A DNA stretch of 14,566 bases from Candidatus Melainabacteria bacterium 17Bon1m (GTDB lineage Bacteria; Cyanobacteriota; Vampirovibrionia; Obscuribacterales; Obscuribacteraceae), in the NCBI GenBank assembly GCA_032128875.1, contig JAVLKG010000027.1, positions 1 through 14,566 of the forward strand, in the 5' to 3' direction. A program made the translations under genes and the position numbers. This document shows, piece by piece, positions 8,886-14,566 of this stretch. Below the pieces are notes generated by a model. That model was not told where the DNA came from, ran no database searches, and worked only from the letters and a program-made list of their open reading frames with translations. Within the stretch, counting starts at the first letter, position 1, and each line of letters starts with the position of its first letter.

Positions 8886-8990
8886 TACTTTAGGGCATAC
8901 TTTTTCGAGTTACTTTAGTTCAGGGCATCCGTAATTGATGACTCTGTTTCATTATATCACTTTCTAGGGCACAGCCTTTATCCTGCCTTA
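8886..8990 (+). other. Origin of transfer (oriT), predicted nic between 8985 and 8986
   Basis: TATCCTG^C at 8979-8986 matches the IncP/T-border consensus YATCCTG^Y. It is preceded by three ACTTT..AGGGCA repeats (8886-8898, 8911-8928, 8958-8972). Confidence 0.8.
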
Positions 8991-9112
8991 CTACGTAACG
9001 GCGCTGCGCGGTCCCGTGGGTTGCGTCTCGTTGCCTACTCGCCGCCCGTGCCCGCCGGAAGTAGTCGCCACACATTCGGACAGCACGACCGCCTAATCAG
9101 ATCTCTACGCTT

Positions 9113-9181
9113 CCACTCATCTATCGTGCGGCTAAAGCCCCCTCGGGGCGTGCGGGGTTCATCAAGCCACGATGGAAGTGG
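9113..9181 (+). other. Long imperfect hairpin just 3' of nic; candidate single-strand initiation signal
   Basis: CCACT-ca-TCTATCGT-gc-GGCT pairs with AGCC-ACGATGGA-AGTGG around an inner GCCCC-ctc-GGGGC stem. Confidence 0.45.
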
Positions 9182-9358
9182 CGCTTTCTGCTTTGAACGC
9201 AGGCGGAGCACATACCCAAAGCAACCAGCTCAGTCTTTGCCAACATCTAGAAAGCAGTAACGCCGTAACGGCGAGTTTCATCTGTAACTAGGGAATTCCA
9301 CCTACCGAAAAATTACCAATGGGACAAAGATGTCATTAGCTACTTCTGAGGACATGCC

Positions 9359-9619
9359 ATGAAAAACAACGCCGATATGATCAGCCGCGAATCTGTTGAA
9401 AATTGCATGCTCGATACTATGCGTTTGCGGGCGGCGTTGATGATTGCCTGTCTGGAATTGACAGACGGCGATTTGGAGGAAGCTATGGACCTTTCCGAAC
9501 ACTATTACGACTTGGCACCCACACTGATTGATGGACTGACAGAAGAGGGTTTGAGCAATTTACCTGGCGGCCCGGCTCAAATCCTGCCATTCCAAAAGAA
9601 GCCGAAAACCGACAAGTAG
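9359..9619 (+). CDS. Hypothetical acidic protein (86 aa)
   Basis: GAGGA RBS upstream; fills the intergenic space between oriT and the toxin locus; no recognised family. Confidence 0.65.
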   Translation: MKNNADMISRESVENCMLDTMRLRAALMIACLELTDGDLEEAMDLSEHYYDLAPTLIDGLTEEGLSNLPGGPAQILPFQKKPKTDK

Positions 9620-9626
9620 ACGCACC

Positions 9627-9654
9627 AAAGCGGCCCCTCTTCTGAAGAGCCGCT
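9627..9654 (-). terminator. Terminator hairpin of the small toxin mRNA
   Basis: Minus strand GCGGCTCTTC-AGAA-GAGGGGCCGC-TTT; the G-U pairs form on the minus strand; about 20 nt after the peptide stop. Confidence 0.65.
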
Positions 9655-9674
9655 CCAATGCTAGCTTTCAGCCC

Positions 9675-9737
9675 TTAACCTTTGACGGCTAGAACTGCCA
9701 GCGTTATGATGAATAGAACTACGATCAATTCCATCAT
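9675..9737 (-). CDS. 20-aa hydrophobic peptide MMELIVVLFIITLAVLAVKG; putative type I toxin (Ibs-like)
   Basis: Translated by hand (below the ORF-track cutoff). RBS AAGGAGGT 8 nt upstream, own terminator, opposing terminator beyond the RBS. Confidence 0.8.
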   Translation of the reverse strand: MMELIVVLFIITLAVLAVKG

Positions 9738-9766
9738 GGTGGTTTACCTCCTTCTTGGGATTGTGT

Positions 9767-9803
9767 GCAGGGGACGGAGTTACCGCTCTGTCCCTTGCTT
9801 TTT
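9767..9803 (+). terminator. Intrinsic terminator
   Basis: GCAGGGGACGGAG-ttaccg-CTCTGTCCCTTGC-TTTTT; 13-bp stem whose G-U pairs form on the plus strand. Confidence 0.8.
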
Positions 9804-10024
9804 GTGATGTCTGAAGGCTTTTGGCCTTACCCTAATGAATTGTATCGAGGTGGGAAATTTGTCTTTCCTGTCTCAATCAATCCATCTAGAGAGAGTTTAT
9901 CGGGCTCCAAAAGCCAATCAATTCGATTTCAATTTGCCGAACCTGAAAACACTGATTGGGCAAATTTTTCGGAGCTTCTGTCTGTCCCAGCCATCATCTA
10001 GAACCCCTGAAGTATGGTCAACGC

Positions 10025-11695
10025 TCAGGAACTTGGTGGATCTCGTCCAGCATGATTCCAGTGAAATAAAAGAATCTCCCGCTTCCACATCTGCCCTTCT
10101 GCCTGAAGACCGTCAAAACTGGGTCCCAGGGGAAAGCCTTCCGAAGGAACCCGAAGGGCTTGGGCTTTCTGCTGGGGTTTTGATGGTTGGCTATTCGCCA
10201 GGCAGATTGAAAGCGGGACTACCTTAGCTGTAATTGGCTGTTCTTGTTCTTCAAAGTCGAAATCCTGAGAAAAAGGAATTTCTGACTTTTCTTTTTTTTC
10301 AAAACCAACTTCCACAAGCCGAACCGGAAGCAATACCCCCGGATCTAGATCGCCTGCGGCCCTTGGCAATTGAGCACCTGAAGATATACTCCAGATGTCT
10401 TCGTGTTTTTTTACTGTGTGATAGCTGCAACCCGTGAGCCTCATGATTTGCCGCCCAGTTACTCGCCGTCCTTGGTCAAGCAAGAACTGCTTTGCGGTCC
10501 TTATCTTGTCTCGTGCCGAAGCTTCTCGTTTTTGATTTGCTCTCTCCAGGTCTGCCGGTGTCCAGAGGTACCCTGTTTTCTTGGTCAAACCAATTAAGGC
10601 ATCCTGCTGGGTCTCCGTGGTCATATACGGGACATATTCGGATTGGGGCTGCTCTTGTCCCCTCCATTCGCAAGCCCGTCTTATATGCTCGTCTAGCTCC
10701 CTCCAATTGCTACGACGTACATGCCTGCATTTGCCGTTGTGATTTCGGGCCAGCCAGTCTTTTAGAAATTGCTGCCGCCTCTCGTCGTTGTGCTCTCCTG
10801 GCATTTTTGGAATGCCTCTTTCTGCATCTCCAAACCAGAGCAAATGCTGGATTGCATAAATTGCTGAATGTCGTTGACCTTCTTCAGTCAGCCCCTGGTC
10901 AAGGAATTTGCGAGCTTCCTGAATACGTTCGGGAATTCGTTTTGAATGCCAAAGTAATTCGAAACCGTCTAAATCAAGCGCATTCTCATTGCCCTGGGCG
11001 TTGCTGGCGACGCCGGCGCCGGCAGCTCTGCCGGCGGAATGTATTTGGCTGTCTATGAGCCTTTTGGCTTCCCGCCAATTTCTGCAATTTTTTTCGAAGT
11101 CTTGAAGGAATGAGGCTAGCGCCTCGTCTTCTCTAATTTCTTCTCTTCTAACTTTTATGCTTCCATCCGAACTGAGCCAGGCAAAGCCTTTCTGAAGCGG
11201 CAGCCTTAAGGCATTTCCACTTGGAAAAATCTCGAGCTGTCCGGAGATGATTTCATATCCCAAAGATTTCAGCCAGGTCTTTAGCGTCTGGTTTACTTCG
11301 TCACTTTCAGCCCACTCATCAAATGGTAAATACAGGTGCCAGCCGCCTGAATCGCTCGATTGATACGGAATTGCGTATAGACCGACTGCAGTAAAATGCT
11401 CCTGCAGTTTTTGGAGCTCGGCTGCATTTCGGTATCTGCTATTTCTATCGATATCCAAGACTGCATGCCGGGTCTTGTGTGACCAATAGCAGCCTCTAAA
11501 AAGCCCTCGCCCCTCATCTGACATCACGCCAAATATCTGTGCGTCCAAGAGCGGTCCCGCAGCCTTCTGCCAGCGCTCCTGGTCATATGTCTTCCAGATG
11601 AAGCAATCACGACGCGGAAACAGCGACAAAAATTTCTGTCGTAGATCCAAAAGATCTGGCGTCCTTTCGGACGCTCTCAAAGCAATGGAGTTCAA
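10025..11695 (-). CDS. Plasmid replication protein with an archaeo-eukaryotic primase (AEP/prim-pol) domain, PriCT-like helical region and C-terminal HTH
   Basis: Motif I HAVLDID (DxD), motif II QSSDSGGWHLYL (SxxGxH), EIFP..NALRLP, EGQRH (PriCT-like), HTH TGRQIMRLTGCSYHTVKKH. The start codon is uncertain. Confidence 0.8.
   Translation of the reverse strand: MNSIALRASERTPDLLDLRQKFLSLFPRRDCFIWKTYDQERWQKAAGPLLDAQIFGVMSDEGRGLFRGCYWSHKTRHAVLDIDRNSRYRNAAELQKLQEHFTAVGLYAIPYQSSDSGGWHLYLPFDEWAESDEVNQTLKTWLKSLGYEIISGQLEIFPSGNALRLPLQKGFAWLSSDGSIKVRREEIREDEALASFLQDFEKNCRNWREAKRLIDSQIHSAGRAAGAGVASNAQGNENALDLDGFELLWHSKRIPERIQEARKFLDQGLTEEGQRHSAIYAIQHLLWFGDAERGIPKMPGEHNDERRQQFLKDWLARNHNGKCRHVRRSNWRELDEHIRRACEWRGQEQPQSEYVPYMTTETQQDALIGLTKKTGYLWTPADLERANQKREASARDKIRTAKQFLLDQGRRVTGRQIMRLTGCSYHTVKKHEDIWSISSGAQLPRAAGDLDPGVLLPVRLVEVGFEKKEKSEIPFSQDFDFEEQEQPITAKVVPLSICLANSQPSKPQQKAQALRVPSEGFPLGPSFDGLQAEGQMWKREILLFHWNHAGRDPPSS
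10098..10206. repeat. Multi-stem inverted repeat inside the 3' end of the rep gene; candidate origin or priming site
   Basis: Nested arms TCTGCCTG/CAGGCAGA, CCGTCAAAAC/GTTTTGATGG, CCCAG/CTGGG and GAAAGCC/GGCTTTC. Confidence 0.5.
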
Positions 11696-12054
11696 GGCCT
11701 AACGGTCAATCCCTGAAAAAAGGACGCACTTGACCCTAGGAACCCAATCACTTATGATTCAACTGCGACATCGAATACATAAGTTTTCGGCCCCAGCCGC
11801 CTAAATCAGCCGCCAAGCTGATTTTTCGGCTTTTTAGGACTTTTGCGCGGTCGCTCTTCTCCTTTTTTGGTGCCACCATTGCAGGTGGCATATCTGATAA
11901 CCCATAGTTGATCCTACGACGGTAAAAGCCTGAATTCAAGCAGCCTGTTTGAATTTCGGGATATCCAAGAGATCACCCAACGGATATATCGCGCCTTTAC
12001 AGGTGGTGGCACGAAGTCTCATAATGCCCATGTAATCGCACATGAGGACGATCC

Positions 12055-12630
12055 GTGGCAGAACATGCGCAAGAGATCAAATTTGATCCAAGTTCAATCG
12101 AAGGGATGGACGATTTACTGTCCGGTCCGGACCTGCACACCCCCGGATCGGACAAGACTAGTCCGGATCTGACCAGTCCGGACATTGCCCACTGGTGGAC
12201 ATTGCCCGAGGCTACAACAGCCCTTAAGGTTAACGAGCGTACTCTTAGAAGATGGATAAAGAGCGGAAAAATAGAAGCTTCCAAGGTTCAAGGCACATAC
12301 GGTGACGAGTGGCGAATCAAGCCCGGATCAGAGATAACCTGTCCGCCGGTCATAACCGGACCGGGCAAGCCCGATCCGGCGCCCCGCGGTCAAAGCAGTG
12401 CGGACAGCCCGGACATGCCAGCGGATTTGCTAGAGACGAAAATCAGACTTGCCATTATGGAGCAGGAGAACCAGCAACTTAAACAGCAATTGCAGGGCGC
12501 AACGTTCAGAAATGGCTATCTGGAAGCACAGCTTGAAGGCAAGGACACCCAAATCAAACTCCTGACGGACAGCCAGCACAAGCGTGGTTTTTGGGCTCGG
12601 TTTAGCTCTTGGTTTGTGACCGGCAGATAA
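12055..12630 (+). CDS. HTH (MerR/excisionase-like) plus coiled-coil protein; candidate single-protein plasmid partition factor
   Basis: WTLPEATTALKVNERTLRRWIKSGKIEA, coiled coil MEQENQQLKQQLQ...LEAQLEGKDTQIKLL, amphipathic tail KRGFWARF; GAGGA RBS; divergent from rep. Confidence 0.8.
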   Translation: MAEHAQEIKFDPSSIEGMDDLLSGPDLHTPGSDKTSPDLTSPDIAHWWTLPEATTALKVNERTLRRWIKSGKIEASKVQGTYGDEWRIKPGSEITCPPVITGPGKPDPAPRGQSSADSPDMPADLLETKIRLAIMEQENQQLKQQLQGATFRNGYLEAQLEGKDTQIKLLTDSQHKRGFWARFSSWFVTGR

Positions 12631-12820
12631 CCAGGTGTTTCACTTGTCGTCGAAATCACGGTCACTACATAAAGTAATAGTGACAAGCCAAAAGTAAACA
12701 GAGGTGGGTTCTTGAGTCTTCAAAACAAACAAGCCAAGTGCTCTTCAAAGACTTATGGTGTAATGCGTGAAAGAGTACCGACCCAATTGGGCAAAACCTC
12801 TAAACAAAGTTCCTCATGGA

Positions 12821-13714
12821 ATGGACATGCATATGCCAAGATTTCAAATCATTCTTGTTTTGTTGCTTTTGCTTTTCTTTCAATCAAACAGCCTGTCTTT
12901 TGCCTCAACAGAAGTAGCAGCAGTTTCAGAAATAAAAAAAGGAGAGAAGCTGTTTTCTGCTGATTGGCCAGCTGAACGCCCGCCTGGTGATTCTTTATTG
13001 GTTTTCAGTTCGAGTAATTGCGGAGGAGCAAACAGAACACCTCGGTATTTTGCATACTGGATTCACAGTTATTTTGAGCCAAAGAACCTCTCAGAAAAAG
13101 CAAAAGCACAACTTCGGCTTGAGATAAAGACTAAGGACTGGAAAAACTGGTACAAGCTCTGGACAGCAAATTGCACACCAGCGGACATTTTTTACATTGA
13201 ACAGGTAATTTGGGAGGCGTCTCCTTTGGCTCGCACTAATGGTGCGACTTCATCAGGAAAGTGGAGTCTTAGCCACAAAGGAGTGGAATTTATAACGGCG
13301 CAACAGCGACTTGAGAAAAAGGTGAAACCACTTTACGAACCGACTGTTGCAGGAAGTCCGAAAAATGATGTCCTCGGCCGAATAAAAAGCGGCGAGGGGC
13401 TTTGCAACAACTTTTCCTGCAAAACCCTCTACCGTAATGAGCATCCTGATGTTACAAAAGAAATTGCTGTGGTGCATTTTGTTCCTTTGAGCGCAGCACA
13501 GTGCTTTCCTACAGCCATTGAGCAAAATGAATTGCATAGTCTCAAAAATTTGAAGGCGCTGGAGATAGATAAATGCAATTCAGCTCAGTTAGACTCATTC
13601 CGTGATGAGTGGACACAGTTTCTCAAGAAACCCGCAAATACAATGAGTCGGCAAATGGTTCTCAAAGAAGCGGACCGGCTTGCAGCCAAATATCACTCAC
13701 TGTTTTTGAATTAA
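12821..13714 (+). CDS. Hypothetical secreted protein (start at ATG 12821, 12827 or 12833)
   Basis: Signal peptide MPRFQIILVLLLLLFFQSNSLSFA; long open frame; visibly more AT-rich than the mob genes. Confidence 0.75.
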   Translation: MDMHMPRFQIILVLLLLLFFQSNSLSFASTEVAAVSEIKKGEKLFSADWPAERPPGDSLLVFSSSNCGGANRTPRYFAYWIHSYFEPKNLSEKAKAQLRLEIKTKDWKNWYKLWTANCTPADIFYIEQVIWEASPLARTNGATSSGKWSLSHKGVEFITAQQRLEKKVKPLYEPTVAGSPKNDVLGRIKSGEGLCNNFSCKTLYRNEHPDVTKEIAVVHFVPLSAAQCFPTAIEQNELHSLKNLKALEIDKCNSAQLDSFRDEWTQFLKKPANTMSRQMVLKEADRLAAKYHSLFLN

Positions 13715-13787
13715 AGGACAAAAAAGAAGCAGCAGCTAGTATTTGATTCACCAACTGCTGCCAAGTCCATTTAGTACTTCAGGATTT

Positions 13788-14489
13788 TTATGATCCTGGG
13801 AAGATTCTCACTACTTCTGTTGTTCCATCACATTTGTGCACGGTGCCGTTTGGCCCGCTCCCGATCGGTGCAACATAGCCAATACCTGTAATGGTAGGCG
13901 CTCCGTCTTGGATCAAAGTTCTAACTACTTCGTATGTGCACATGAACGGAATGCCGTTGAGACCGTAACTACTACCATTGATTTGATTTCCGTTGTTATC
14001 TACTGTATCGGGGAAGCCAAGTACTACTGCCGCTTCCTCTGCAAATAGTTCAGCGTCCTGGTCGTCTGGGTCGGGCAAGTTAGGATAAAGTCGCGGCCAA
14101 GCCTGCTGTGCAATTTCGACGTTGCTACCACCATAGATCGGTGTACGACCTGCATTCCCCGGTGCGCCACAAATATAGTTTCCATGCGAATCCAGCATGT
14201 TGGTAAAGATTCCATCATACAGAACTGGTGGCTCGCCCGGTAGAGCAGGATCAGAAATCTCGATTGTGCATGCATTGGCGGCGTTCATACCTGTGAGATC
14301 GCGTGTTAGCGCGGCTTGGAAAGTAGCCGTTTTAGAATAACCATCTATATTGCCACCATTATAAATGGAGTCCAGGTGGTGTCCGGTCTCGTGAGCGGTA
14401 ACATGCGACACACTTTCGGTGCGCATTCCACCGGTAGGCGAGGTGTTTTCAAAGATTGCAGATGAGTACACGGTTGATGCACCACTAAT
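13788..14489 (-). pseudogene. 3' part of the interrupted gene: HExxH zinc metallopeptidase domain (gluzincin / lethal-factor-like)
   Basis: The frame ATT AGT GGT GCA TCA ACC GTG TAC begins at the duplication. TAHETGHHLD (HETGH at 14379-14393), S..ATFQAAL..D, and AELFAEE as the third-ligand motif. Confidence 0.85.
14484..14489 (+). repeat. 6-bp target site duplication ACTAAT (copy 2)
   Basis: Immediately precedes TGTAGCGG at 14490. Confidence 0.9.
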
Positions 14490-14566
14490 TGTAGCGGCGT
14501 GACATCATAAATCCTTCGGCGCGACATCATCCGCTGTTTCTGGCTCGAATTAACCGCCACTAAAAG
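14490..14566. mobile_element. Opposite terminal inverted repeat of the same transposon
   Basis: Starts TGTAGCGGCG; internal repeats CGGCGTGACATCAT (14495-14508) and CGGCGCGACATCAT (14517-14530) with a 22-bp period. Confidence 0.85.

Larger units (their letters stand above)
9673..9803 (+). ncRNA. Putative cis-antisense antitoxin RNA (5' end approximate)
   Basis: A plus-strand terminator at 9767-9803 implies a transcript covering the whole peptide ORF and its RBS. Possible extended -10 TGcTAGCTT at 9659-9667. Confidence 0.55.

Noticed and set aside
9021-11939. Short ORFs 9021-9260, 9302-9502, 9765-10001, 9835-10227, 10234-11058, 11293-11517 and 11748-11939
   Set aside because: These are shadows of rep or of structured non-coding DNA, with no recognisable motifs.
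12119-12415. CRISPR array
   Set aside because: The repeats are 6-11 bp, irregularly spaced and inside a gene; no cas genes are present.
13788-14471. Stand-alone 227-aa gene starting at GTG 14471
   Set aside because: There is no clear RBS or signal peptide, and the frame continues upstream to the target duplication, so it is the 3' half of the interrupted gene.
14345-14560. 71-aa ORF starting in the terminal repeat as a transposase fragment
   Set aside because: It reads outward from the element into the target in a different frame and has no transposase features.
1-14566. Linear plasmid/phage with terminal inverted repeats, or the window itself being one transposon
   Set aside because: The TGT/ACA termini face outward, the duplication lies inside the window, and the flanks rejoin in frame. 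The window is therefore the target, not the element. No transposase, terminal protein or protelomerase is seen.

Overview
The window is best explained as a nearly complete, approximately 14.4 kb mobilizable plasmid opened at a transposon insertion. Positions 1-76 and 14490-14565 are identical inverted repeats with TGT...ACA termini. A 6-bp target duplication (ACTAAT at 77-82 and 14484-14489) lies just inside them. Removing the element ends and joining the window into a circle fuses the first and last ORFs in frame into one approximately 685-aa secreted protein: signal peptide, three ~100-aa repeats, and an HExxH metallopeptidase domain. The backbone has an AEP-type primase/Rep protein, an HTH plus coiled-coil partition-like protein, and an oriT with a MOB-P nic site. 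It also has a coupled minus-strand operon: mobC, relaxase, a VirD4-like coupling protein without membrane anchors, two hypothetical genes, an HxlR regulator and an SLT-like lysozyme. A 20-aa Ibs-like type I toxin with an antisense RNA layout, absent from the ORF track, lies at 9627-9803. No transposase or mating-pair (VirB) genes are present. All calls come from reading motifs by eye; no database searches were run.
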